From Vicugna vicugna (lineage: Eukaryota): a stretch of DNA of 64,000 bases. Both the position numbers and the translations under genes were made by a program. Positions within the stretch are counted from its first letter, which is position 1, and each line of letters begins with the position of its first letter. This document shows positions 1 to 12,272 of the stretch, in pieces. The stretch covers positions 1,697,523 through 1,761,522 of the forward strand of contig MU058463.1 of NCBI GenBank assembly GCA_013265495.1, read 5' to 3'. The notes under the pieces are model-generated. The model saw only the letters and a list, made by a program, of their open reading frames with translations. It made no database searches and had not been told where the DNA came from.

Positions 1-299
1 GAGCCTTCTGTGAGCTTGCTACCTACTGGGAAGGAGTTGGCGAAGAAGATGGGATGACAGCAGGGAGGCTCTTGTTCAAATCACTCTACTCTGGACTTCC
101 CTAGGTTTTACTTCTTGTGTGTCTTCCATCAGATCCCTTCTCAGAACCCGGCTGAGCTTGACATTGATGTTATTAGACTAAGCTCCTCAACGCATCCTTC
201 CTAAAGCCATCCTCCAGGTGAATAACCTAGCTACAATATAAGCAAGTTCTTCTTATTCCCTGAAGAAAGTGGCTTTGCATGGTTTGAGTAGTTCCCGGA

Positions 300-460
300 T
301 GCAGGTACTAAGCTAGGCTTCTTACAAACAGGATTCCATTTAATCCCCACAACCTGTTGTGAGGTAGATATTATCTTACACTTGTAGATAAGATACTAGC
401 ATCCAAAGATGTCAAACTAAATGGCAGAGATTCCTCCATTCAAACTTTACCTCATTCTAA
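300..460 (-). mobile_element. MIR SINE fragment
   Basis: catttaatccccacaacctgttgtgaggtagatattatc resembles the reverse-complemented MIR core. Confidence 0.7.
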
Positions 461-3344
461 GGTTTGCATCTTTATCAACCAACTTCCATCCTATTGCCTC
501 TTTATCCACCATGATTTACAGGGTTTCTTTTAAAATGTACAAACATAACCAAACAAACAAGGAATAAAAGAAGGGGGTTGAGAGGAGTGTCCCAATGTCA
601 ATCTAAAAAGAAGGATAGTCCCATGGAGCTTTCGAGGAAAGTCCCTTGACAAAATGATAATTTTCAGAGAATGCCTTTCTTAGAACTACTTATCTGAAAT
701 TAATGATCGTCTCCTAGACTTTATATGTGGATTTTACTGTTGGTAGATTTCAGAGCAGAAACTTACCAGCGTTACCTGTGTGTGAAATCAAAGATGATGA
801 ATAAATACCTCTGTGTTATCTACGGGAAACTCAGGGGTCTGGCACGGTGGTATTCTTAAACTGCTACTTTTTCCGTAAGCACTAACATTGTAAACAGTAC
901 TATTCAAGACCCCGAGAAAGAAAGACCATATTTGTTCTCAAAAAATTGTATGTATCTGGAGAAATAAGAGGAATAGGGGAATAAGGTGATGCACTGGCTT
1001 TAGTTAGGAGTGTCATAAAATAAAAGAAAACCAAAACCAACTTAAGAAAAGACTTGCTTAGTCATTGATCTCGTAATTGTTACAAAAAGCTGTGACAAGG
1101 CTCTGCCATTGATTACTAGGTAAGGTACAGCTAATTAAAAAAATAAGTTTCAAACTAACAGCCAAACTCACCTCCCAGGTCAAAATTCAGCCAAATATAA
1201 ATACAGTAAAACATGATTTGCATTGAGCTAAAGGTAGTGACCAAAAGAAGAAAAAAAAAAAAAAAAACAAGGAAAAGCACTAGTCAGCTAATGTGGACCT
1301 CTTTTTTTTTTCTAAATAAAAAGTCTACTAGTAAATTATTCAAAGTCCCAGACTCTCTACTGTATTTTTGTCAGACATAGGCCCCAGTGAAACCAATATC
1401 TAATTTTATCGTAATACTTTATAAAAGGAAACTCGATACCTTTTTTTTAACCCGGGAACTCTTGATTGCAAAGCTCTATTATTCGGCGATGGGTAGTCTC
1501 TAGAAGGCAAAGAGTTAAAGACGTCATTTTAAATGACAAAAGCTAAACACTTTACCCCACTTTCAGTCTCTCATCTATTCACCCTTCTCATTGTGAACGA
1601 TTTCAGCTTTCTAAGCTCTTCAACTACCTGCCCCTAATTTGTATTCCCAGGGAGAGGCAGGGCTGGTTATTTTGCATTTGTGTGCTAATGTTGACGAGCT
1701 TCCTCCTCTGGGGGAGGGGAGAGGAGGGAATCACAGGGCTGGAGTGGGGGCGGGAGTGAGGTGCTGGGTTTGCTCAGAGAGTCATGCTGAATTTCAACCT
1801 TGAATGCCTCTTACAGAGCTTCTAACAAAGCCCTCCTGGTTTTGAGAAACCCTGTTAAAACTCCTGTGTATACACACATTTGAACCAAATAGGTTAGCTA
1901 AAAGTAAAATGTGGATTTAAGGGAAATTATTTTGTTATTACAATAATAACTAAAGAGTAATAATGTGCAAGACCTTCAAAGCATATGAATGCCTCAGGAG
2001 AGCTCTTATAAATCAAGAAAGGGATAGATTTACTGCTTTGGGGGAGGGAAAAAAGAGAAAGAAAAAAATGTCAAGTATTCTACTGAAAGAGTATTTTTTT
2101 CTCCATTATTAATAGAATATGGGAAACAAAACGTTCACAGAAAATCACTTTAATTAAAATCGCCATTTCAGATATCTTCACAATTGACAAATATTAATGC
2201 CCTGATTTTGTGAGACCCCGTATTTCATTCTGTTTCTGAGAGCAAAATGTAGTCAGACTAAGTGAATGAAATACTCCTGATCTGCTATTTAAAAAGCAAA
2301 GTAACAGTGTACTCTCCACATTTCTAACAGAATAAACAGCAGTGCAAAGAAGATGGCCCCATACTGAATAATCAGTATGGACAGTCTAGTTTTTAATTGA
2401 CTAAAAGGGGTGCCAATACACGAAAGAGCAGCTATGACCCACTGTGGAGGTATACTAATTCACCAGCTAACTGGAGGAAAATTTCATTTTTCTCCCAGCT
2501 ATATCCAAATTCAAAATTCTAGCAAAGGGATGGGGTATTACTGCCTTTGCCTGACTGGTAATCATTCGAGGTTGTTGTGTGACCCTTTTTGAAAATGGGA
2601 ATAAATCATATTATTCAATAACAATAACAAAATTCCAGATGCAATCCTTACAATATTTTCTAAGGGAAACTGCAAAAGAATCTGGAGAGAAAAGGGCTTC
2701 CTTCAGGATATCACACATTAGTGAACAGAGCTCTGAAGCAAAAGATCAGAAGTCAGAGATCAGCGCTCAAACGTTGCATTGAGTACAACCCCTCAGACGA
2801 ACACTATGTGATTGGCCTATCCTTGAACTCTAACTCAGTTCTTTTTTTTCTAAAATAAAGTTAATTTTAAAAGAGAGAATTAAAAAAAATCTAAAAAAAA
2901 AAGATTTAAATAGCCTTAACAATATCGAAAAGGGGGTTATTGTCTTCCTACTAATAGTGCAAATAGTTATTGGTTGATTTACTCCCATCGCCTCTGCAGT
3001 TTTGCGAGGTTAATGCACTCATTTCTGCCCTCCCATGCTGTGTTTATTTTCATCCTAAAAGCACGCTTAAAGGATTCATCTTGCAATACAAGTGAACTGC
3101 ACACGACAAACACAGGAATTCACAATAAGTAAAGACAAATAATGCTGAGGTCTCAAGCCTCCAGTTAACCTGACAAACAGAGTCTTCAAGAAAGCCAGAG
3201 AGAAATGTCCTTCTTATCTGATCATCCTAGTCGGCTTTGGGATTAGAGTCTAGGCAATACTTTGAAATGAATTTTCCCTGTCAGAGCAAGCCAAGGGGCT
3301 GGCATCTTGCCCTTCCTTCCACTGAAAGACCTGAAAACTGGCTG

Positions 3345-3430
3345 CTCTATTCATTTATTCTTTATTCCATTATACATTTAATAAATACACATTAACACAT
3401 TTTACGCCAGCTACTGCGTAAGGCAGGTCT
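3345..3430 (-). mobile_element. L2 3' tail fragment
   Basis: tattcatttattc...taataaatacacatt...ccagctactgcgtaagg, typical antisense L2 end. Confidence 0.45.
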
Positions 3431-4149
3431 ATACCTTTAAGGCAGTGTGACCAAGGAGAGGAGGCGCACACGTAGTATTATTACAGAGCAAGTAGTAAGC
3501 AAAACCTTACTTCGGTTTGTGCACAAAACACTATGGAGGTTTAGAGAACACGTGAGGAAAGAGCAAAAATAAAACAAAACAAAATCAGACTCTGGAGATG
3601 ACAGAGGACGTTTGACAAAGAACATTCGGAAGCTAGCAGCCCAGATATTTCAGTATGCAAATGATGCTTCCTGGGAACTTGCAATCTCACCCCAAGAATA
3701 AAAAAATATTAGCAACTCTAGCAAGTGTGGGGAATAGCTGTTTTCATTAAAATAGTTGTTAGATCTAATTTGTAAGTGACCATCAGTGTTACGTTATTTG
3801 AAGTGTGCTCTCATGAAAAAGAGCTGTTTCTCTTTCCTGACACATCTCTTGGCCGGGGTTGAACCGGTGCAGCCCAGGCTGTCCTTGTGCACCTCCATGG
3901 CTTCATTGAGGACAGCTGTCAGGGAGTGTCTATGGTAGATGCTGTGGTCGGACTCCATGCTGAAGTTCCCCATCCTTTAACAAGGAGAATAACACTTCAT
4001 ATGTATATTTTATATTACAATTTGGGGTATTTTAACAAAGACAGCAACCATGTCCAATGCTTCTTTGCCCACCTTTCCAGTCCCACAGCAAGGTTCAGTT
4101 TTGCATCAACCTTTGTTTACGTGAATTATGGTAGGTTTGCGAAGGCACT

Positions 4150-4595
4150 CTCATTTCCTTTCTCTTTCCTGCTGTCTACCCTTCTCGCAGCTGCCTGCAT
4201 TATCTTTAAAAACAACAAATACAGCAATACTCCCTCTTCACAAATGTCAGGGGGATCTCTGTTGCCTATAAAATCAGTTCCCAATCCTTTGGCACTGATG
4301 ACGACTTCCCACCTTCAGCTCACCGATCCCCCAGCCCCACCTCCTGAATCTCACCACCTCCTTGACGTTCGAGGCCTGTTCTCACTTATGACCCCTTTTC
4401 TCTCAGGACCCATGACTTGGAACAGATGTTTTTCTCACTGAAAATGCACCTCCCCATATTTTCCCCTCCATCACACCATCGCTTCTTCGAGGCTTTCTCC
4501 AGCCCTCTGGCCATAGTTGGTTGTGGTTTCCTCTTGTTCCCACATACTTTAAACAAAATTCTAGTATAGAATTAATGTATTATTGCTGCTTACAT
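4150..4595 (+). mobile_element. L2 LINE 3' region, degraded
   Basis: Pyrimidine-rich L2-like motifs (gcagctgcctgcattatctttaaaaac...ttgcctataaaatcag). Confidence 0.55.
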
Positions 4596-4598
4596 ATG

Positions 4599-6641
4599 TG
4601 TAGGGGAGGAAGATTTTTCCTCTACCCTTCTAGGTTCTTTCATCTTGTTAAGGGAGTCCCTAAGGCTATCTGTTACATCCCTTTGTGTCTAATTTTCACC
4701 TTGACCTTTCTATAGGTACCAACAAGACATTTGTTTAGGGTGAGAGCTCTCTATTTTTGTTTCCTTCTATATAGAGCCAATTCTAAGGATCCAGCATCTG
4801 GCTGTTGATAAGCAGGATCTTACATTAGTGTCAGTAGAGACTCAAACTGATAAGACTCCTTATGGCTTAACCATGGACACAAGAGTTATCCCAAAAGAGG
4901 ATGCAAAAGATGCAGCCCTTACAAGGCCCAGATAGCTTTCTCCCAGCTATAGTCTAAGAAAGTAAAGCCTTTTGTTGTTACGAGAGGTAAGAATGGTGTA
5001 GTGAAAATGGTGTCTCTGGTTTCCCATGATGATGTGAGATGCCTCCAGTGACAACCTCGCTAATCTGTGACACCGGGCAGGCACTGCTGGAGTGGGACTT
5101 TTCTAGCACTAACAAAACAGCTAAGGTTGAGACAACAAAAGCCCCTTACGGATTGAGACCCCTTATGACAGATGCTCCTGGGAGCTGATGCGGTCAGATA
5201 AAGAGTGCTGCTTGTGACTTTGAGTCTCTGAACCCCAATCTATTTGACAGGTCAACAAGATGCATGCCAGCACGCGCACCTTCTGGCTGGTGGGGACCAG
5301 AAGAAATACTCTCACTGGTCACAAAGCCAAGCTCTCGAGATACAGAACAAGATAAAAGGAAAACCTCATCAAATTTTTCTGACGTGTACCTCAACAGCTT
5401 TAGCTAAACCTTGTTTCTCTTGGTGTTGAACCTAAGAGGGATGTGCCACTGAGGAGATCATGAGGTGTTGCACAGACTACCTCACTGCACAAACATTCTC
5501 TTGAAGTTGGTTAGTGACCTAGTGTCAATCAGGCCCACTCCATGATCAGCTTACCCTAACTCAGTCTTCAGGTTTTTGGATTCGGTGGCCATCGCCCTAA
5601 TACCTCTTAAGTGCTCAAGCTGCACCCATCAGTTTTTCAGTTTCGGCTTCCAAGATGTCCCTTAGCAACAGGCTTTACCTCAAGTGCACATGAACCCACA
5701 GCCAGCTTTGTCTAAACGAATGGTGGTCTGTGGGGAGCGTGAACTCACCAGGCTGTGAGACACACCTGAACAGCCCGCTGACGGGGCCTATGGCTATGTC
5801 TACCTGCGGATGTTCCTTCTTATGGCAAATGACATAATTGACAGAGACGAAGGACCAGAGTGGCCATCTCTGGGAAGAAAAGGATCAATAAAAACAAGGG
5901 TCCTCATAACAAATCTTTATCAGAGTTGCTATACCCAAGAAACTAGTTCTGCAAATATGTTCTCTTCCAAATCTAAATTTATCATATGAAAAAATACACT
6001 CTCACCTCTCTCACGTCTGCCGAATGCTGCAGGCAGAGATCAGGGAAACTGATGTAAGAATTCTTACCTTCCTGTCTTTTTGTCAGAGGTCCCTGGATCT
6101 CTCAGCTGTAGCAGCCTTGGGGTGAGTGGTGTCCAACCAGTGAAGTTTGTCCCATCTGGGTCACCAACTATAGGGAGGGAAAATTTTTCCTTTACCCTTC
6201 TAAGCTCTTTTTAGCTGTTCTATTCATTACATTGACATAAGACATTAACGGAAGAAAAACAAATTTAATGATATACACTTGGGAGCCCCCAGAGAATACA
6301 AGATCCAGGGGGCATCTTGGGCAGTTGAGGCTTCTATGTCATCCTGAGCTAAGGAAAGGGATAGGGGCCTGGATCTTCAAAGGGGAGGAAGCTAACTTAT
6401 GGATAAGAACAGATGTATGGTATCTAGACATTGGATCTGCCATACAGATAGGTCATTCAGTTAACAGTTATCTCTGGTAGTTGCTCTCTCTTGGAACCAA
6501 GTCCCCCATCTAAATTCTTTTAAGTAGTTAAGGGAAAGGTAAAAACTTTTCTTGAGTTTGCTAGGTCTTGATTGCCTTCACTCCAAATAATTCACACACC
6601 AAAGTGACATATTTTGGGGTCACATCTTCTGTTCTCCTTCA
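4599..6641 (-). mobile_element. Internally deleted ERV1 provirus (MER34-like LTRs): 5' LTR 6641-6169, PBS, about 1.5 kb of leader, then about 47 bp of 3' LTR (4645-4599)
   Basis: The same LTR terminus occurs twice (tgtaggggaggaagatttttcctctacccttctagg at 4599; tatagggagggaaaatttttcctttacccttctaag at 6169). The LTR start on minus (TGAAGGAGAACAGAAGATGTGACCCCAAAATATGTCACTTTGG) resembles MER34. A PBS is adjacent to the 5' LTR. Confidence 0.8.
6149..6166 (-). other. Retroviral primer binding site, tRNA-Arg(CCG)
   Basis: Plus strand gtcccatctgggtcacca matches the recalled tRNA-Arg(CCG) 3' end GTCCCATCTGGGTCGCCA at 17/18 (mismatch at a CpG), 2 nt from the LTR end. Confidence 0.8.
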
Positions 6642-6644
6642 CGT

Positions 6645-7040
6645 AGGTCACATATTCTGTTCTTTATCAAGTATCCAGGCACAGAGATTTTAAAAGCCTA
6701 GGAATTTCCTGAGCGATAAGAGTGACTTTTGCTATTCAAAAGGAGCCATTTTCACCATACCTGAATTTAAGCTAATGAGGTGACTCAAGGTGAACCTTTA
6801 GGTAGTTCAAAGGGAGGAGCTGGCCACACCCAAAAGACGGAGCATATGATTAAAGGGTTAAAACTTTCAGCTTTACCCTCCAACACCAGGAAGGAGAGAG
6901 GGACTGGAGACTGAGTTTAGTCACATGGCTGATGATTCAATCAGTCATAACTACATTATGGAACCTCAGTAAAAACTCTGAACATCCAAACTTAGCAGAG
7001 CTTCCAGCTCAGTGAACACATAAATGTGCTGGGAGTGTCC
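6645..7040 (+). mobile_element. MER21C-like LTR (ERVL), 5' part
   Basis: ggcacagagattttaaaagcctaggaatttcctgagcgataagagtgacttttg...gctaatgaggtgact...gtgaacacataaatgtgctgggag. Confidence 0.8.
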
Positions 7041-7064
7041 CATGCTGTGGCCACACTGTTGCCT

Positions 7065-7320
7065 ACAGAATTTCACACTCCCACCAACAACATACAAGGG
7101 TTCTGATTTCTCCATATCCTTATTAATACTTATTATTATATTATTTTAAAAACTTTAGCCATCCTAGTAGGTATGAAAAGATACCTCATTGTGGTTTTGA
7201 TTTTCATTTCCTTAATGGTTCGTGATGTTGATTATCTTTTCACGTGCTCATTGGCAATTGTGTGTTGCCTTTGGGTATTACCAATTCAAAATACTTTCCC
7301 ATTTATTTATATATTTAGCC
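7065..7320 (-). mobile_element. L1M ORF2 3' fragment
   Basis: cactcccaccaacaa...tagccatcctagtaggtatgaa...ctcattgtggttttgattttcatttcc, classic antisense L1. Confidence 0.85.
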
Positions 7321-7359
7321 CGTGACCTATTTCCTTAAATATCTGAATTTTCATAAATG

Positions 7360-7820
7360 TGTATGTCTTTGAATCTTCCAGTAGAAATTGTTGCTGGGAA
7401 CTCCACCGCAGTCTGAGGGGGCCAAAACCAAGGCAAGAATCTGCACCTGTTTCTTGGGGAATAGCCAGACCATCCAAAACACACAACCCTCAATTTGTGG
7501 AGAACAAGGCCCTTGGTGCCTACCTGGCACTAGCCAGTTACTCTAGGAGTAGGGGCTGGCATCCCCAAGGCCAAGGTGGGGCTGAGGAAGAAGGGTTCAG
7601 AGCTGCTTCATGCAGGTCACATTCTTACCAAAGTTCAGCAGCCTCTTCCTTTATCAAGTACTCCTCTGGTTGTTGTAAGTGTCTGATCATGTTCCCAAGT
7701 TCCAAATTAGGTGATTCTGATAGTATTTTCTTTTTTTTTTCGCCCCAGTTTAATTGTCCTTTTGGTGAAAAAACTAACCCTAGAGCTTCCTGCTCTGCCG
7801 TTTTCCATGACATCCCTTGA
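7360..7820 (-). mobile_element. Old L1 (L1M) 5' region fragment
   Basis: gattctgatagtattttc...ccagtttaattgtccttttggtg...agagcttcctgctctgccgttttccatgacatc resembles an antisense L1M 5' end. Confidence 0.55.
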
Positions 7821-7890
7821 TACATAGTTTCTTAAATGTGCATTTTACTCTACTCTTAGGCTGAGTAAATTTCTCTTAACTGTTGTACAT

Positions 7891-7908
7891 TGTGTGTGTG
7901 TGTGTGTG
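7891..7908. repeat. (TG)9 microsatellite
   Basis: Direct reading. Confidence 0.95.
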
Positions 7909-8839
7909 TATTTCCCCAAATATCTGACCTTTTACATTTCTAACACATCTTATAGACTAATTCATCTGAGAATCTTCAACTTTGCTTAGTTTCAATAGAA
8001 TTGTTAAAGTAATTTATTTAAAATAGATTCTTCTTGTAAACTCTAAGTGTCATTAATTTCCCTAATATAATTGAAAGAGGTATTTTAACTGAATAATATA
8101 AATATATTTACTTTTATAAATATTTCTTCATAAATAGAAACAACAAGCTTTGTCACCATTTTTGCTTGGTTATACTGTGGTTTGAATCAGTCAAAATATT
8201 AATGAGGTTAAAATATATTTCAATCTTTATGGGGATGCTGGTTAAAAGGTTTCCAGTTTAGCACTTATTAACTATGAAAATCATGTCAGATATCAGTGGA
8301 AATTTGAATACTAGGTTTATTAAATTCTAGATAGCTATGAACGGCTATTTTGGTTTAGAACTTTATATGTGTATTGAAAATATATGATGGATTTAGATAA
8401 ACTGGGACCAGAGTTAGCAGATCTGTATTCAGTACTGATTATGGATGTCTGTTAAAGCAAAAGTATGACAATGTTTGGCTTATTTATACCCTCATATTTG
8501 GAGGATGATCTTATATGCTCTAATGCGTGATGTGGAAGGAAAAGAGGCAGTTACGAAGGGGAACTCTTATAACCAAGAATAGGACTGAGCTCAGGTGTTT
8601 CAGTGAATGACAAGAAAGTGGCTTTGAAATGATAATGATTCACATGTCATCCCTGGTTCCTTTATAAGGAATATGAGACCTCTTGTCCCTCATTGCTGCG
8701 TGTGTTGGAGGACAAAAACAGGATACACACGCACACACATATATATATATATACATGTAAACCAATAGTTTGGTTATGAAGACTTTTAATTGTTTTGTGT
8801 CATGATAAGGATTGAAAGAAGTTTCATTTTATAGCTCCT

Positions 8840-8970
8840 GCTGTTCACTCATTTACTCACTCTTTCAATCACTCATTAAAAATTTATTAGAAGCCTATTT
8901 TGCTTCAGGCACTAGGGATCCAAAGATAACTACAATGTTGTCCTTCAAACTTCTAAATTAGTTGGGAACA
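8840..8970 (-). mobile_element. L2 3' tail
   Basis: ttcactcatttactcactc...tttattagaagcctattttgcttcaggcactaggg. Confidence 0.65.
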
Positions 8971-9499
8971 CAGAGTGGCATAAGCCCAACAGTTCGCTAA
9001 TATGATAGTCCTGGAGACTGGCTGAGAAGTGGTGCCTTTCTGTACTTGGAGCAGAGCTTAACACTGAAGGAATTTCTCTTTTATGCAGGCAGAGCCTAAG
9101 CTATTTACAAGAGACTGAAGGGGTGAATGCTTCACCATTTCCTGTAAAGAATAAAATAGAATTTGTCCTGCTCACTAAGCATAAATCTTCCTAAGAAAAA
9201 GCTGCTCAAAGAGGAAGGTCTCATGTCCTGGAAAAGAGAGGTGTCTGGGCAGGATGGACTCACTGGGAGCAGAATGATCCGATTTGGTTTATTTTGATGA
9301 GGGTATCTCAGAAATCAGGGCGAAATGAATGACTTGATCCTCCCTCTCTTTTCCTGAGTAGGTAGGCTCAATAGCAGCTGTTACCCCTCAGGCCAGGTGC
9401 AAATACTTATAAATGGAATCATTATGTGGTTAAAGTGTAATAGGTTCATTCTTCTCCTTGCCCACGTGAATGCATGAGAACTAAGCCCTGGTGCGTGGA

Positions 9500-11103
9500 A
9501 GGCTCCCTGCAGGACAAAGGCCCAATGAGGATATGGAGCTCAAGCATGGCGACGAAGGTGTTCACATGTGGGGTGGCCTGGGGCTGGGCGTCAGTGCCCA
9601 GGAAGGGTGTTCACGCAGGGCCCGCCAGCCAGTTTAGCCCAAGAAGGGGATGAAAGCATCTACATGCAAGGTGGTGGTGGGAGGGAGCTGGTCAGCTTGG
9701 AGTGATGTATAGAGTCCAAGCAAAGTGATGAAATTGTCCATGTGGAGAAACTGACGGGGTTTTGGAGAAGATGCAGATGAGGAGGGCATCTAGATGTGGG
9801 GGTGTCACGGAGAGGGGTGGTATATCCCAGTCATAGTGGGATGAGTGTTACAGTGATGAGGGCAGTTTGGTTACACACTGTGTGATGGATCAAAAGTATA
9901 AATAGATGGATAATGTGAGACAGGTTCTTACTTCTGACACAGAAGCTAAAAATAAGGAAAGGGAGAAAAATTACAATTGACTCTGTGATGTTGGGTTGGA
10001 ATAAGGGGTACTGGTGTGAACGCATGGATTTTAGTGTAGAGAGAGAAATAGAAATAAAAATAGATGTTAATGTGTGTGTATTCACAAGCATTTGTTGCCT
10101 AGTTCTTGCATTTGTTGAAAAGGCCTGGGAACAACACCCACCAATAGCAATGAGCACATCGAACACCCGAAAATGGGCTTCTAAACATCATTCTCTACAC
10201 AAAGGAACCAGAGGACCTTGAATAAATGGCTGATTCTAGGGCCTTTGTTCCAGAAAGCAACTGTACCAGAAAATAAGGAAGTGACCAAAAAATGATGTTA
10301 ATGTGGCCAATGGACACACCAGCCAGCTTAAATGGCTTCTGCCAGCCACAATAAAAATACAAATAAATAATTATATGAATGGATTAGATATCATTGAATA
10401 AAGTAGAAACCTATGACACTGATAAAAGTTAACTGAATAAACTGAAAGTTTAATGAGGAATAAGCTATTTCATGTCTCTAAATAACCTCCCCCACAAAAT
10501 ACTTTTAATTATAAAGGAACAAAAATAACTTCAAAGAAGGGAAATCTGTCAGGTACCACCTTAATGAACCCAGAGATTAAAGCGAACATCACCACGTGCC
10601 ACTCGACAGGTTGCAATGAGAAGGCCACAGGATTACTTTAGTGATACACCTGTCCAAGATACATACCTTGAATCTAATCAAGAGGAAACAACAGCAAAAC
10701 AGAAATTGAGGGATATTTTACAATAACTGGCTTATAATTTTCAAAAGTCTTGAAAAGCAAGCAAAGGCTGCAGAACTGTTCCAGAATTAATGAGATGAAA
10801 GAGACATGGCATCTGACTGAAGTGTGTGGTTCTGAACTGGATCCATTTCTCACAAGGCATACTATCGGATCAAATGGAAAATGTTGAATGGGGTCTGAGG
10901 ATTAGACGGTAACCGATCAAGGTTAACTGCCTCATTTTGATGATCATATTGTGCTTATATAAATGTCCTTATTTATATGAACTATACATGTACTTGGTCG
11001 TGATGGGGCATCCAATCAGCTTAGTCTCATGGTTCAGGAAAAAAAGTTCTGTGTTCTGTACTTGCAACTCTTACCTGTGTTTGAAATTCTCTCAGAATAA
11101 AAT
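9500..11103 (+). mobile_element. L1MC-type (L1MC3/4-like) 3' UTR
   Basis: caatagcaatgagcacatc...aaaggaaccagagg...ttgaatctaatcaagaggaaac...aaattgagggatattttacaataactggc...tgaatggggtctgaggattagacgg...ctgtacttgcaactc. Confidence 0.8.
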
Positions 11104-11127
11104 CCTATTTTACATTGCTAAAAATAA

Positions 11128-11290
11128 AAAGAGCTGGGACTCTGTTGTCAAGGTGCCTTGGCTGCAGTTCCAAGCAGTGTGAGCCTGGGTAAATCTTGTA
11201 ACCTCTCTGAGCTGCTGTCGCTTCCTCTATGAAAGGACTGTAGTAATGGTGACTTCTTAAAGGGGTTGTTTTAAAGTTTAAATGAAAGAC
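11128..11290 (+). mobile_element. MIR SINE
   Basis: gtgtgagcctgggtaaatcttgtaacctctctgagctg...ggggttgttttaaagtttaaatga. Confidence 0.7.
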
Positions 11291-11389
11291 CTTCATATCC
11301 TCTCTGGCTCTTAGGAAATTTTATTGTTCTTCATTAGACGTTATTTTTCTTACTCATTTTTATGGAATGAAATAAAGGGCTTAATTAGT

Positions 11390-11965
11390 TCTGGGGGAGA
11401 ATCTCCTTCTAAGCTCATTCAGGTTGTTGGTAGAACCTCGTTCCTCACATGTATAGGACCGAGGTGCCTGTTTTCTCCATGGCATTGTCCGGATGTCACT
11501 CTCAGCTCCTCGGGACCGCCCATACTCCTTCTCATGTAGCTTCTTCTGTCTCCAAACCAATAATGGTGGGTCAAGTCCTTTTCACACTTTGAGTCTCTCT
11601 TCCTCTTCTGCCACATGTGGAGAAATCCTTTGCTTTTTAAGGGTTTGTATGATTATATTAGATCTCTCAGATTACATTGCTTACAATTTTCTAAAGAGTG
11701 TTGGAAGGATCAGTCCATGGGGACTCCTCTATAAGGCAAATTTGAGTGAGAGAGAACATTCTGGCCTCAGTTCTGCTTTTCCACTTACCTGCCAGTTTTG
11801 TCTTTTCTTAAAATGAATGTTTTCCTGGACAGCCTATTTCTCCTACAAAAATAAGCTACAAGGATACCTGGATAATCTGCCTCTGTTAAGACCAACTGCG
11901 CCATATAACACAACACGGCAATCACGGGAGCACTTTATCTCATCACGTTCATAGGTTCCAGGTTC
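11390..11965 (-). mobile_element. MLT1 (MLT1D/E-like) MaLR LTR, interrupted by about 190 bp of other sequence
   Basis: tctgggggagaatctccttctaagctcattcaggttgttggtagaa...gattatattag | ggataatctgcctctgttaagaccaactgcgccatataac. Confidence 0.75.
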
Positions 11966-12230
11966 CTAGCATAATTTATCCTGAGCATGGCTCACACAGA
12001 GTGGAGGAAGCAAGTAACGCATTATTCTGTAAGATAATATTTAATTTTTAGGCAATTTAGAGGTATACTTGTTTGAAATTTTGACAGCATAGGTATAAAT
12101 ACACAGATTATAAGTTAAGAAGAAAACATTGATATAGTATGAAAAGAATCATCTTTAATGTTATTGCTCTTGTATAGAAATGCAACATAGTTAATTTTAA
12201 AGACATTTAAAATTATATACCCTCTCTCTC

Positions 12231-12272
12231 CACACACACACACACACATACACACACACACACATACACACA
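12231..12272. repeat. Imperfect (CA)n microsatellite
   Basis: Direct reading. Confidence 0.95.

Noticed and set aside
3887..4441. 184-aa ORF
   Set aside because: GTG start, no recognisable domain, and its second half overlaps a degraded L2.
6149..6166. tRNA gene
   Set aside because: Only the 18-nt 3' end, including CCA, next to an LTR; this is a PBS, not a tRNA gene.
7359..7820. 153-aa ORF
   Set aside because: Lies antisense over an old L1 5' fragment; no recognisable protein.
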